Shown in pieces: positions 28,774-39,209 of a stretch of DNA of 64,000 nucleotides. This DNA comes from a virus, in the IMG/VR virus record IMGVR_UViG_3300032046_000015, positions 19,017-83,016 of that record, one strand, 5' to 3'. Position 1 is the first letter of the stretch. Each line of letters opens with the position of its first letter. The position numbers and the translations under genes are program-made. The notes below the pieces were generated by a model that was given only the letters and a program-made list of their open reading frames with translations, had not been told where the DNA came from and did not search any database.

Positions 28774-29840
28774 AGCATCCTTCTTATCTTGTCAGCTATG
28801 TCCTTGTGTTCCTTCAGGTATTCTTTGGCATTCTCCAAGCCTTGTCCTATGCGTTCACCTTGAAATGAATACCACGCACCCGATTGTTCGATGATTTTTG
28901 CTTCTACACCCAGAGCAACTATCTCATGGATGATGTCTATGCCTTTGCCAAATTCTATCACAAATTCACCCTTCTTGAAAGGGACAGCAATCTGGTTTTT
29001 CCACACATATCCCTCACAAACGTGCGCTTTGTCGTTGTTGGCTAATGCCCCTTTGCGCTTGATGTTGATCCCAAGGCTGGCATAAAATCTTGGTGCTTTG
29101 CCACAAGTTGTATCATCCTTATTTCCAAACATCACTCCTATCTTTTCACGCAATTGACTTATAAACACAAGTGCCACACGCTCTGATGATACATCACGGA
29201 TGATGTGTTTAAGCCCAGATGACATGACATTGGCTTGAGGAGCATAATGCTTGTCGCCAAGTTCACCTTCTATCTCACACTTGGCAGGACAAGCAGTCAT
29301 GGAATCTAACACAACCAGAATGGGTATATCAATTTTTTGTTCTTTGCGCATCGCTGATATCCGCTTGACCGTTGACATGATAATACCCAATGCCTGCTCA
29401 AGATGTAGTGGCTGTGATATGATCATGTCTTGGATGTTGACTCCTATCTTTTGGGCATAGCCTGGATCCAATTTATATTCAGCATCTATGTACAACACTA
29501 TGCCATTAGTCCTTTGGCATTCTGCGCACAAGTGTAAGGCAACTGTGGTCTTACCACCACCCTCTGGCCCTGCCAATAAAGTCAAACGGCCATAGGGCAC
29601 TCCATTGCGCCCTATGGCCTTGTCCAAGGCCAAACTTTGTGTAGAACAAACACCCTTTATGTCTATGGACAACTTGTTATCTCCAAGAAGCATGGCTGTG
29701 TCATTGCCATGCTCTTTGCGGATGGTGTTCACCACTTCCTGTGCCGTTTGTGCTGTAACTGGCTTTGATGTTGGCCTTTTGCGCTCCATGTTATACCTTC
29801 TGTCTTGCGGCTGCGGCTGCTTTGCGTTTTTCCAACTCAC
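28770..29840 (-). CDS. recA: RecA recombinase (likely start ~29789)
   Basis: GPEGGGKTT, YIDAE, VLDS, QLREKIGVMFG, KNQIAVPFK, SGAWYSF. Confidence 0.93.
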   Translation of the reverse strand: MSWKNAKQPQPQDRRYNMERKRPTSKPVTAQTAQEVVNTIRKEHGNDTAMLLGDNKLSIDIKGVCSTQSLALDKAIGRNGVPYGRLTLLAGPEGGGKTTVALHLCAECQRTNGIVLYIDAEYKLDPGYAQKIGVNIQDMIISQPLHLEQALGIIMSTVKRISAMRKEQKIDIPILVVLDSMTACPAKCEIEGELGDKHYAPQANVMSSGLKHIIRDVSSERVALVFISQLREKIGVMFGNKDDTTCGKAPRFYASLGINIKRKGALANNDKAHVCEGYVWKNQIAVPFKKGEFVIEFGKGIDIIHEIVALGVEAKIIEQSGAWYSFQGERIGQGLENAKEYLKEHKDIADKIRRML

Positions 29841-30813
29841 GTTCCAGTGCTTCTAACTCTGGATCAGGAGCAGTTGCCTGTGTGGTTGGTGTGTTATTGG
29901 CTGATGCGGTTGTTGTAGCACCTGCTGGCGTTTTGGATCCACAGGCTTCAGCGCAACCTTTGGATTCATCGCACGATTGGCAATCTGTGTCTTTCGCATC
30001 ATAACCTTGGCCGTGGCATGGCTTCTGTTTGTTCTCTTCTGGCTTGGACTGATCCACTTGAATTCCTGTCATCAGAGCAATCAGTTCATCGTGTGTCCGT
30101 GCCAAGTCAACTGCTGCCATGTAAATATCCGCTTTGGCTCCTGGTTCGATGGATTGTTGGATCAAGAATGTGGTTGGTTTGGGAAGTGCGACAGGTGATA
30201 TCAACGATTGTTTGTCCACTTCTATTGTGTATTTGGTGTCGTTTTTCTTGGTGCCAACTCTCTTGACCTTTAGGAACACAGCCCTTTTTGGATCACATGG
30301 ATTGCCAATCTCTGCCAACTCATCTGCGATGCGTTCCCATTGTGTATAGGAACAGTTCCAATTGAGCACCTGTGGATCCAAGTCTTGAAAATCTTTGCCG
30401 TTTGGAATTTTGTACTTGATGGGCACCACAGCAAATACAAAACGTCTGCTGGCCTTGATGTCATCCAACTGTTCCTTGGTCATGTTTTCTGATCCAGCAC
30501 CGCCCCACACAAGGTTACACACTGGGCACCCTTTACCACCTTCAGCCTTCAGATCAAAGCCTTTCATTTCTTGGGCCAAAGCAATAATCCGTGGGTCGGA
30601 CATAGCTGGATTGCGCTGTGTATCCAAACACATACCTGGTATGCGTCTTGGGCCAAGGCCATAATGGACTTGTAATTCCACATAGTTTGACATATCTTCT
30701 GGACGTGAACTGTCGCAAAAGAATAAAACTGTTTCACCTTCTTTGGGTGTAAAGGAATTGCCGCTTGACAATTCCTGCCTGCGTTTGCGCACGGCATCAG
30801 GATTAAATGGCAT
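29791..30813 (-). CDS. ssDNA-binding protein (gp32-like)
   Basis: VHYG..C..CPVC, GTKKNDTKY; position beside recA. Confidence 0.65.
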   Translation of the reverse strand: MPFNPDAVRKRRQELSSGNSFTPKEGETVLFFCDSSRPEDMSNYVELQVHYGLGPRRIPGMCLDTQRNPAMSDPRIIALAQEMKGFDLKAEGGKGCPVCNLVWGGAGSENMTKEQLDDIKASRRFVFAVVPIKYKIPNGKDFQDLDPQVLNWNCSYTQWERIADELAEIGNPCDPKRAVFLKVKRVGTKKNDTKYTIEVDKQSLISPVALPKPTTFLIQQSIEPGAKADIYMAAVDLARTHDELIALMTGIQVDQSKPEENKQKPCHGQGYDAKDTDCQSCDESKGCAEACGSKTPAGATTTASANNTPTTQATAPDPELEALERELEKRKAAAAARQKV

Positions 30814-30828
30814 TTAATAACCTCACTT

Positions 30829-31311
30829 TCATTCCGGTTTTTCTTTGGTGGCCATGCCAGTGGCTGCTGCTTGTGTACGTTCTGTGGCACCCAAACTTCT
30901 GAGGCTTTCAGCTTTGTGTTTAAGTGCTTGACAAAGCCAATAAAGCCTTGAACATATGGATGAAAATTCTGCCGCTTGTTGTTTGAAAGCCTGAAACTGC
31001 GGATCAGCCTCAACCACAGCTTTGGCCTTCCATTCTGATAGTTTTGGATCACTGGTGGTAATGGACACAATTGATTGAGCCTTCCATGATCTGTATGCCG
31101 CATCAATTTTGTCTCTGGCCTTTTCAGCTGCACCCAACAGGCTACCATAGAATGCTATCTCACTAGCCACCTTGGACATACCTTCAGACAAATCGTTGAT
31201 CTGACAAGCTGCCATTGGATTCACTGTGATATTCTGTCCATCGATGTTGATGTCAAAACATTCCATGTTTAACCTGGCTGGCACCTGTGGTTGTTGTTTG
31301 TTCCGTTCCAT
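30829..31311 (-). CDS. UvsY-like recombination mediator
   Basis: Helical protein with EADPQF..ALKHKAESLRSL pattern; TGATG overlap with HU stop. Confidence 0.5.
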   Translation of the reverse strand: MERNKQQPQVPARLNMECFDINIDGQNITVNPMAACQINDLSEGMSKVASEIAFYGSLLGAAEKARDKIDAAYRSWKAQSIVSITTSDPKLSEWKAKAVVEADPQFQAFKQQAAEFSSICSRLYWLCQALKHKAESLRSLGATERTQAAATGMATKEKPE

Positions 31312-31586
31312 CACTTGCTCTTGCCCAACTCCAGGTTGGCCGATTGGTGGAATACCAACACATTCTTGGCTGGTACAGACACCTTCTGTTTGGGGTTTTG
31401 TGGGTTGAAGCATTCTCTGGCTGGACGTTCTTTGACCTTGAACGTTCCAAAGCCTTTGATCATGACTGTCCCACCCTTTATTGAGTTGCTCAGCACGCTA
31501 TCAAACACTGCTTTGACAACGTCCTCACTCACACTCGCACCTTTTGCTACTTCTGGAATACCTGCCATTGTCTCTCTCCTATTCAT
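31311..31586 (-). CDS. HU/IHF DNA-binding protein
   Basis: IKGFGTFKVKERPARECFNPQ. Confidence 0.88.
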   Translation of the reverse strand: MNRRETMAGIPEVAKGASVSEDVVKAVFDSVLSNSIKGGTVMIKGFGTFKVKERPARECFNPQNPKQKVSVPAKNVLVFHQSANLELGKSK

Positions 31587-31613
31587 TTGGTTTGGAAATC
31601 ACTACTGTGATTA

Positions 31614-34600
31614 TTATATGGCCTTGCGCCATGAATACTGTCTCAATATTTCTACATGCGACCTGTCTTCTAATACCAGGCCACCCCTCTCATGCTTAAT
31701 ATCAAACACTGCCACATTGCCCAACACTATCTGTTCTTTGAACTTTAGATAACTGCTGGCAAAGCAAACAGCAGTAAACACACGGTCAATTGTATCAATG
31801 CTAAAGAATGCCATGCCACGTCCATTCTTGTCAATTGTGTGTCGGGCATCTAGGATTAAGCCAGTCATTTCAAATATGTCGTGGCCTTTTTTCTTCACAG
31901 ACTTATTGGTACCAACAGCCTTGGACACAGGATGCTCAATGAAATACTGTTCCCAAAATGTCATTGGCTCACCTGTTATTATCTTGTGTCTTAATATGTC
32001 AAGATTGACAACCATATGAGCCTTCAAACTTTTCCATGTACCATGAGTGGATGCGTGTACCCTTAACACAACAGGAGTGCCCACGCCATCATCAATGACC
32101 TCTCTGAAAATTGGAAATGCATCTATATCCAACTTCACTCTGTTCCATACTCCTGTGGCATCTTCCACATTGAAGTTAGAGTATCTAGCACCCCATCTCA
32201 TCTTTAATCGCTCTTGTTCTGATGGCAATTCTTTGGCACTATAAAAATCACCCACGCAATTATATCTGACATCAATGATTTGTCCATTCAGATACACAGC
32301 ACGATTGGTCTTGAATAAATCTGGGTCATCCATGCTAATGAACTTAACATGCTTGCCCAAGCCTTTCAACACATCTCCATATGCCTCCATTGGGTGTTTA
32401 CCTAATGGCAATGGACTGACTTCAGCTGCCAGCAGAGCAAAATCTGTTTGGTTATAATCTGGTTCCATTTTACTCTTGGTCAAGCACTCCTCTATGGCTG
32501 TCCAATTGCCCTTGTTAGCCATGGCAAATATGTCCTGTTCGTGCTCCAAGAAATACTTGACATTGGGCAATAGATCAGATAGAGCACCAGCCTTTGACAG
32601 TGCCAATAGTGTTGTTCTCTTTACAAGCCGTCTGTCAACCTTCTGTAACATATCAACCAGTGAAGTATATGGTTGATATTTCACAATCTCTTTGATTGAA
32701 CTTTCACCGACACCTTTTATATCCAATAAACTACATCTAATTTGATTGCCCACAATCGTGAAATTCACTCCTGAATGGTTGGTATCTGGCCCAAGCACAT
32801 CTATTCCTTTTGCTCTTGTCTCTTTTATGAACCTTGTGACCTCTTGTCTGTCTGGTTCATTCTTCAACACTGCCCACATGAACTCCATAGGATAATGTAC
32901 CTTCAAAAACATTGTCCAATAAGCAATCACCCCATAAGCGCATGAGTGAGACTTGTTGAATGCGTATGATCCAAAGAATGTAATGCCGTCCATTAGTTTA
33001 TTGGCTTCACCTTCATCCATACCTTTGGACACAGCCCCCACAACAAACCTGTCACGCTCTTTTCCAAGCTTCTCATCACCGTGTTTCTTTGCCACTAGTT
33101 TGCGCAATGAGTCTGCTGTCTCAGGTTCATAGCCAGACAACTCAATAAATATCCTTGTCAGTTGTTCTTGATATACTAACACACCGTATGTCTCTTCACA
33201 TATCTTATCATATATGGGATGGATTGGCTTGATCTTTGTTGGATCATTTTTCCGGTCAATGTAAACGTTTGCCAAGCCACTTCTCATTGTGCCAGGCCTG
33301 TTCAACGCTGTCAATGCTGCCACGTCAGCAAATTGCGTGAATGTTATTTCTTCACACGTCTTGTACATTGATGTAGTGTCAAATTGGAAAATGCCAGCAA
33401 AATCTAAGTCAGTGAAACCTTGTAACACCTTGGGATCATCCAATGGCAATCGCTCCATATCTATGTCCAGATGGTGTCTATCCTTGATTGCTGTCAAGGT
33501 ATCTTTAATGACAGTGAGTGTTCTTAATCCAAGCACATCCAACTTCAACAATCCCATGTCTTCACAACCCCAGAAATTTATTGCCGCAACCCTAACACGT
33601 CTGCCACCTTCATCCTTGGTCTCAATTGGCACAACGTCACATATCGGCACAGGCGATGTCAACACGCCAGCGGCATGTATTCCTGTCTGTCTGACTTGTC
33701 CTTCCAATTCCTTGACAATAGGTAACACATAAGGATAATGGTCATTGAATTTTCTACAAACATCAAATTCCTTGAAACTGTCCTCAATAGTTTGACTGGC
33801 ACGCTCATCACCTGAACTCCTCTCTACAATACTGCTGGTGACTGCGTTCACTTCAGTTAGTGGCACATCTAACACACGGCACACATCCTTCAAACATAAC
33901 TTACCTTTCATAGTAACAGCTGTTCCTATCTGGGAGACATTGCCTATGCCATATTTATCACACAAATGTTGTAATATAAGACCACGCTTGCTGTCTTCAA
34001 AATCCATATCAATATCCGGCATATCTATTCTGGCTGGAGACATGAACCTTTCAAACAATAATCCATGTTCTATCGGATCAAGTGACGTTATGCCCAATAA
34101 GTAACACACAAGTGAACCAGCACTGGAACCACGTCCAGGCCCAACCATGATTCCTTCTTGTCTTGCCCAACCAAATAACTCATGAACCAGAATAAAATAT
34201 CCACTGAATTTCTGTCTCTTCATGGCAGCTAACTCAAGCAATAAACGTTCTGTGTACGTTTTTCTGTGCTGGACTGGATCAATGCCTAATTTGGCAGCCT
34301 TTTGCTCTATCTGATAATCCATATCACGCCACGGCCAACCGTCCAAGCATAATTGGTGTAGATACACATCGTGTGCTTCTGAGTCTGATGACGTTGTGTC
34401 CTTAATGTTCTGAGGTATGACTACAGGTGGAAGCAAACATTTGAACTTATCCATTACAACTTTGGCCTTACATTTCTCAGCAATCTCCATAGTATTACAC
34501 ATAGCATCAGTAATATCTGAACCACTAATGTCATGCTTGGACAGACTTTCCACCATTTCCTTGGGTGTCTTGAACCAAAACTCTTGAGTGTCGAATTTGA

Positions 34601-35381
34601 ATCTGTTCGGATTTGTCATCCTATCGTTTGTCTGGATACATAACAAAATTTCTTGATGTTGAGCATTCTCCTGGCGTATATAGTGGCAATCATTGGTGGC
34701 CACCATCTTAATGTTTAGAGCATGGGCAATCTTGACTAAATGCGGTGTCACTCTTAATTGATCTGGAAAAGTGTGAGGCATTATCTCTATGTAAAAATCA
34801 TCCCCAAAATTATCCTTCCACCACATGGCCTCATCGATGGCATCTATTGAATGGCCTTCCAAAATCAGAGATGGTATGTGCCCAGCTACACAAGCACTGG
34901 TAACAACAATTCCATCCTTATATTCCAACAGTGACTGTTTGTCTATCCTTGGCCTGTGATAGAATCCATCCACCCAAGCCTTGCTTGATAACCTGAACAG
35001 ATTCTTTAATCCATCATTATTCTTGGCAAACGCACACAAATGCCACCGTGGCCTTATCCCCAAACGTTTTTCCACTTCAAATATAGCGTGCTTTTGCTGT
35101 GCTTTTGCTGTCTCATCTATGATTTTGGCTTTCATGTCATCAGGCAAACTTTTAACCTTCATGTCAGAGGACATGTAAAACTCTATGCCGTATATGGGTG
35201 TCATTCCTTCAATACTTTTACAGGTGATTGCCAGATCATAAAATGATCGCATTGAACCATGCTCTGTAACAGCAAAATGTTTGAGTCCTATTTCTTTGGC
35301 ATATTGGACATACTTGGACACACTTCCGCAACCATCCAATAAGCTGTATTCTGTGTGCGTATGTAGGTGTACAAAATCCAT
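31614..35381 (-). CDS. dnaE: DNA polymerase III alpha subunit
   Basis: HLHTHTEYSLLDG PHP, GRGSSAGS, PDIDMDF, KLDVLGL, FNKSHS. Confidence 0.96.
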   Translation of the reverse strand: MDFVHLHTHTEYSLLDGCGSVSKYVQYAKEIGLKHFAVTEHGSMRSFYDLAITCKSIEGMTPIYGIEFYMSSDMKVKSLPDDMKAKIIDETAKAQQKHAIFEVEKRLGIRPRWHLCAFAKNNDGLKNLFRLSSKAWVDGFYHRPRIDKQSLLEYKDGIVVTSACVAGHIPSLILEGHSIDAIDEAMWWKDNFGDDFYIEIMPHTFPDQLRVTPHLVKIAHALNIKMVATNDCHYIRQENAQHQEILLCIQTNDRMTNPNRFKFDTQEFWFKTPKEMVESLSKHDISGSDITDAMCNTMEIAEKCKAKVVMDKFKCLLPPVVIPQNIKDTTSSDSEAHDVYLHQLCLDGWPWRDMDYQIEQKAAKLGIDPVQHRKTYTERLLLELAAMKRQKFSGYFILVHELFGWARQEGIMVGPGRGSSAGSLVCYLLGITSLDPIEHGLLFERFMSPARIDMPDIDMDFEDSKRGLILQHLCDKYGIGNVSQIGTAVTMKGKLCLKDVCRVLDVPLTEVNAVTSSIVERSSGDERASQTIEDSFKEFDVCRKFNDHYPYVLPIVKELEGQVRQTGIHAAGVLTSPVPICDVVPIETKDEGGRRVRVAAINFWGCEDMGLLKLDVLGLRTLTVIKDTLTAIKDRHHLDIDMERLPLDDPKVLQGFTDLDFAGIFQFDTTSMYKTCEEITFTQFADVAALTALNRPGTMRSGLANVYIDRKNDPTKIKPIHPIYDKICEETYGVLVYQEQLTRIFIELSGYEPETADSLRKLVAKKHGDEKLGKERDRFVVGAVSKGMDEGEANKLMDGITFFGSYAFNKSHSCAYGVIAYWTMFLKVHYPMEFMWAVLKNEPDRQEVTRFIKETRAKGIDVLGPDTNHSGVNFTIVGNQIRCSLLDIKGVGESSIKEIVKYQPYTSLVDMLQKVDRRLVKRTTLLALSKAGALSDLLPNVKYFLEHEQDIFAMANKGNWTAIEECLTKSKMEPDYNQTDFALLAAEVSPLPLGKHPMEAYGDVLKGLGKHVKFISMDDPDLFKTNRAVYLNGQIIDVRYNCVGDFYSAKELPSEQERLKMRWGARYSNFNVEDATGVWNRVKLDIDAFPIFREVIDDGVGTPVVLRVHASTHGTWKSLKAHMVVNLDILRHKIITGEPMTFWEQYFIEHPVSKAVGTNKSVKKKGHDIFEMTGLILDARHTIDKNGRGMAFFSIDTIDRVFTAVCFASSYLKFKEQIVLGNVAVFDIKHERGGLVLEDRSHVEILRQYSWRKAI

Positions 35382-35396
35382 ATCAATCCTTATGTG

Positions 35397-36524
35397 TTAG
35401 AATGGTGGTGGAATATAGTTGTTGGCACTCTTCAATAATGATAGTTGGTGACTAACAACCCGCTTCAAGTATTCAGGCAGACTGGTAGTCAACATCCAGT
35501 CCATATATTGCTTGCCTCTATCTGACTTCACTATTTCAGATAATTTTTGACCTTTGAATTTTCCAAATTCCAAACGGGCATCCTTGCCGTCAGGATCAAT
35601 GATGAAATTACTTTTGGCAGCTAACTTATCTGCTGCCACACGTGTATCAGTTTTGATTTTGTTTGCTGCTTGAGCAAATGTTCCTTTTGATTGCTTTTCA
35701 CTCCTCTCATATACCCATATATCTACACAACCAGTTTGGAGTGAAGCCATTATTCTGATGGCTATCTTTTGGTTGCTCATATCATAACACTTGGATACTT
35801 CCTGTAATACCACACCAAGAACATCTACATTTCTGTGGTGTAATAACACATCTTTATCAAGTCCAACTATTTTCTTCAAAGGCATTCCAACAGATTTGCC
35901 AAATTCGTACACAAGCGGTTGGAATGATACATCATAAACATCTCTGGCCGCATCAAATTCAAATTTGATTTCACCATTCGCTATTTGCGCTGTAGTGAAC
36001 CCATGCGACATGATCTGTTCAACGATTATAGTCTCAAGATCATTCCTTGATTGTACAACTACCAGATTGGTAATAGTAAAGAACACAGGTTCAGCGGCCA
36101 TGATTCTGTCCTTGACCTCTCCTCTGTGTTCAGGTTCAACATCAGGCGGCATGTTTACATATTCTCTTTTGAAGTCTATCCTTGCCGGATCAATGCCAAG
36201 ATATTTTCCATCTCCAACGTACACACCATCATGATCTGCTGTAGGAGTTGTGTTGATTGGCTGGTTTGGTTCTTTGTGTGTTTCTTCAACAGGTATCTTG
36301 GACTTGTCTATCTGAAAGGATAGTCCGCACTCAGTACAGGTATAATTGGTGCTGCCCACTGAGCCATACACCCTTTGCATTGTTGCTCCACAAGCTGGAC
36401 ACTTGAAACGGTTTGAGTTGATCCATTCCACTTCCAGTTTATTGCCCTTCTTGACCAGACCTTCTAATTGCCATCGCTTTCTGGCTGATTCCAAGCTCAC
36501 CATGTCCAATTCCTTTTGATCCAA
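35397..36524 (-). CDS. Hypothetical protein with Zn ribbon and C-terminal DUF3820-like motif
   Basis: CPAC..CTEC; FGKFKGQKLSEI..YMDWM. Confidence 0.6.
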   Translation of the reverse strand: MDQKELDMVSLESARKRWQLEGLVKKGNKLEVEWINSNRFKCPACGATMQRVYGSVGSTNYTCTECGLSFQIDKSKIPVEETHKEPNQPINTTPTADHDGVYVGDGKYLGIDPARIDFKREYVNMPPDVEPEHRGEVKDRIMAAEPVFFTITNLVVVQSRNDLETIIVEQIMSHGFTTAQIANGEIKFEFDAARDVYDVSFQPLVYEFGKSVGMPLKKIVGLDKDVLLHHRNVDVLGVVLQEVSKCYDMSNQKIAIRIMASLQTGCVDIWVYERSEKQSKGTFAQAANKIKTDTRVAADKLAAKSNFIIDPDGKDARLEFGKFKGQKLSEIVKSDRGKQYMDWMLTTSLPEYLKRVVSHQLSLLKSANNYIPPPF

Positions 36525-37063
36525 TGAAATACCTGCTTAAAGGTATCATCCTTGGTCGTGTGTGTAGTATCTATTCTCATTTTTGGAAATTGTATCCTTG
36601 TAAATATCTTATGTCCAAGCCTGGTCATCTTGTTATATTGTTGTAAATTGATTGGAATTGTTCCGTTGATTCTATCCTTGGCAGCTTGATATTCGCATTC
36701 CATCCATATTATCACAGCTTTTGCCTGTAACATATTAGAATGCCATAAATTAAACAGAAAATTCCAATCACATTTCAAATCCTGTATTGTACCATACATA
36801 ATTCCAGATGGCAATGACCTGTCCAGTATAACATCGGTTGGAGCCATTCTCAAGAAATCACTAGCATACACATCTTCATGAAAAGTATTGATAGCAATTC
36901 CATTGGCTTGTAATTGTACAGGATCAACACAAAATTCTTTGCTCTGATCAGGTGATACTCTGAAAGCCTTGTAGATAGGAACACACAACTCTTGCGACAG
37001 TCTCAAGGCAACATGAGACTTACCAGCGCCATTCAAACCTTCCAGAATAATAACAGGCATCAC
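36497..37063 (-). CDS. Deoxynucleoside monophosphate kinase (TMK-like)
   Basis: LEGLNGAGKS, ILDRSLPS. Confidence 0.8.
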   Translation of the reverse strand: MMPVIILEGLNGAGKSHVALRLSQELCVPIYKAFRVSPDQSKEFCVDPVQLQANGIAINTFHEDVYASDFLRMAPTDVILDRSLPSGIMYGTIQDLKCDWNFLFNLWHSNMLQAKAVIIWMECEYQAAKDRINGTIPINLQQYNKMTRLGHKIFTRIQFPKMRIDTTHTTKDDTFKQVFHWIKRNWTW

Positions 37064-38250
37064 ACCCTCATTGTCTCTGCCACAGCTTCTTTGAACCTTA
37101 TTAAGCCTGTGTTAATACTTGACAAATCAACATCCAGGTGAGGATAGACACGCATGCGTGTTGATCTAAAACATCCGCATATGAGTCCATGACGCATAGC
37201 CACCTCACCAAATTTCTTAGCATCCAAACCTGGTGTGTCTAGGCACAGCATCAGACCAGTCCACCTGACCTCTCCTAAAACACCCTTGAACTCTCCTCTT
37301 GATAATTGCTCAAACTCTGCCGCCAAATAATCGCCCAACAAATTGATGCGTGTGAAAACATTTGGTTCAGACAACTCATCCAGTACCTTGTGTGCTAGTA
37401 AACATGCTATGTTGTTACCACCAAATGTACTGAATTGGCTGCCAGGAGTAAGCACACAGAATGGTTCTATGGCTAGTGTGGCACCTATGGGTAATCCTGC
37501 GGCCAGTCCTTTAGCAAAGCACATGATATCAGGTTGGACACCATATAAATGTGCCGCTGACCAATCGCCACAACGTCCATGTCCTGATTGAACTTCATCA
37601 AATATCAATGGAATGTTGTGTTTAGCACACATATACCTGATGTGCTTCAACTCCTGTACATCTGGCAAACGCACATCGCTGTTGTCGTATATGGGGGTGA
37701 TCATGACTGCTTGAGCATTGTAAAACTCAATATCATTCACTGTGTCGAATGCCATGAATCCAGACAACTCAGGAGCAAAACCATTGTGGTGATATGGTGT
37801 AATTTCTTGGTTGATTGATGCTGACAAGGCACCATATGTTCTGCCATGAAATGAATTCTTGCGCACCCATATCGTATCACGGCCAGGTGATCCTTTATCA
37901 TGATTGTATTTTCTGGCTAGTTTTATGGCAGTCTCAACAGCCCCAGTCCCATCATTGCTGAAAAATACTTGGTCCATCTTGTGTATGTTACACAAACGTT
38001 CAGCCAATGTCTCTCTTGGTTCAGAATAGAACACGTGGGGTATGTGTACAGGTGGTTGTTTGGTTGCCATGATATCGCACAACCACTGAGTAGCCTTGCT
38101 AAAACTATTGACGCCTGTGTCGCAATACCAGTCAATCACGTTGTTGTATGTTACGTTTGTGACCATATCGTGCGCCACAGTTTTTGGATTGCGTGATATT
38201 ATCTCAAAAGGATAATGGACAACTGTGTCCATGATTCTACTTGGTTTCAT
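37060..38250 (-). CDS. Class III PLP aminotransferase (divergent ArgD-like)
   Basis: SFHGRT, FDEVQSGHGR, PDIMCFAKGL, STFGGN. Confidence 0.88.
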   Translation of the reverse strand: MKPSRIMDTVVHYPFEIISRNPKTVAHDMVTNVTYNNVIDWYCDTGVNSFSKATQWLCDIMATKQPPVHIPHVFYSEPRETLAERLCNIHKMDQVFFSNDGTGAVETAIKLARKYNHDKGSPGRDTIWVRKNSFHGRTYGALSASINQEITPYHHNGFAPELSGFMAFDTVNDIEFYNAQAVMITPIYDNSDVRLPDVQELKHIRYMCAKHNIPLIFDEVQSGHGRCGDWSAAHLYGVQPDIMCFAKGLAAGLPIGATLAIEPFCVLTPGSQFSTFGGNNIACLLAHKVLDELSEPNVFTRINLLGDYLAAEFEQLSRGEFKGVLGEVRWTGLMLCLDTPGLDAKKFGEVAMRHGLICGCFRSTRMRVYPHLDVDLSSINTGLIRFKEAVAETMRV

Positions 38251-39196
38251 TGTTGTTTATCCTCTTGCCTGTCCATACATCCCTGCCCCAGAATGATTGA
38301 TAATCTTCATGGCGTTGAGTTGTGAAACTCCTATATGTTTCAACTGGTGGACGTTGTTGATACAGTTCATAATGTTGGAACAATGGGCACATTGGCATGT
38401 TGTCCTCTCCTGATACACGCCTTTCATTCTCATGAATGAAGTGACAACCGTTATATGTGTCACCTTCCATACATGGTGGACTTGCCATTTCATAAAACAC
38501 TGGATGGACTTTGGTGGCCGTTTCAGACACAATTCCTTGGATGATTGGCCCCCACAATCCCAACTGCAGTATCCAACATGATCTCTTGCCGATTATGTGG
38601 AGCATGCTGTTGATGTTCATCGTCCATGATATTCTGTGTTGCGCTCCAAGTGGCATCAAATCACGGGCATCTTCCATTGGCACTCCAGCATCAACCAAAT
38701 CCTTGTACAGCTTTTGAATCTCTCTCATAGCAATGTGGTATGCGTTGTGTAGGATTGGGTTGCTATGTTGAAGTGCTTTGATTGTGTCGGCAACACGATA
38801 TGCGCCATCATCAGCAAAGTGTTCCATGGATAGTATCCGCATAGATTGACTCCACCAGCTTGAATCTGCTTGGTTGGGCACTATGTCCATTCCTATCCTA
38901 TCATCATGTTTGTGGCCTATTCTGTGTCTGACTGCTTGTTCACGCCAGCTAACACTCACCCCTTCCATCATGAATGTGAAATATATGGATTCACTGACAG
39001 GTATCTTTTGCGCCACCACTTTTCTGAATAAGTCAATCAACCCACCGCTGCCCATGTGATCGTCAGGATCACGTGCGCCTTGAGCAACTTGCTCAGGAGT
39101 GATCAACTGGTTGTTGGTTTTGCTTGCCCACCATATGCTGTATAAGGTTTCAAGCGGCAACCTTGTCCATGATATTAGTGTCACTTTTGGTTCCAT
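38237..39196 (-). CDS. thyX: ThyX-like flavin-dependent thymidylate synthase, divergent
   Basis: EQAVRHR, SQSMR, EDARDLMP, KRSC. Confidence 0.8.
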   Translation of the reverse strand: MEPKVTLISWTRLPLETLYSIWWASKTNNQLITPEQVAQGARDPDDHMGSGGLIDLFRKVVAQKIPVSESIYFTFMMEGVSVSWREQAVRHRIGHKHDDRIGMDIVPNQADSSWWSQSMRILSMEHFADDGAYRVADTIKALQHSNPILHNAYHIAMREIQKLYKDLVDAGVPMEDARDLMPLGAQHRISWTMNINSMLHIIGKRSCWILQLGLWGPIIQGIVSETATKVHPVFYEMASPPCMEGDTYNGCHFIHENERRVSGEDNMPMCPLFQHYELYQQRPPVETYRSFTTQRHEDYQSFWGRDVWTGKRINNNETK

Positions 39197-39209
39197 AGAT
39201 TTTTGCGCC

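Noticed and set aside
30564-31450. Alternative-frame minus ORFs (30564..31148, 31253..31450) and the 5' extension of 30829..31413
   Set aside because: Overlap SSB, UvsY-like and HU genes in other frames
31614-35381. Intein or intron in dnaE, terL, recA or helicases
   Set aside because: Lengths are normal and no intein or homing endonuclease motifs were seen
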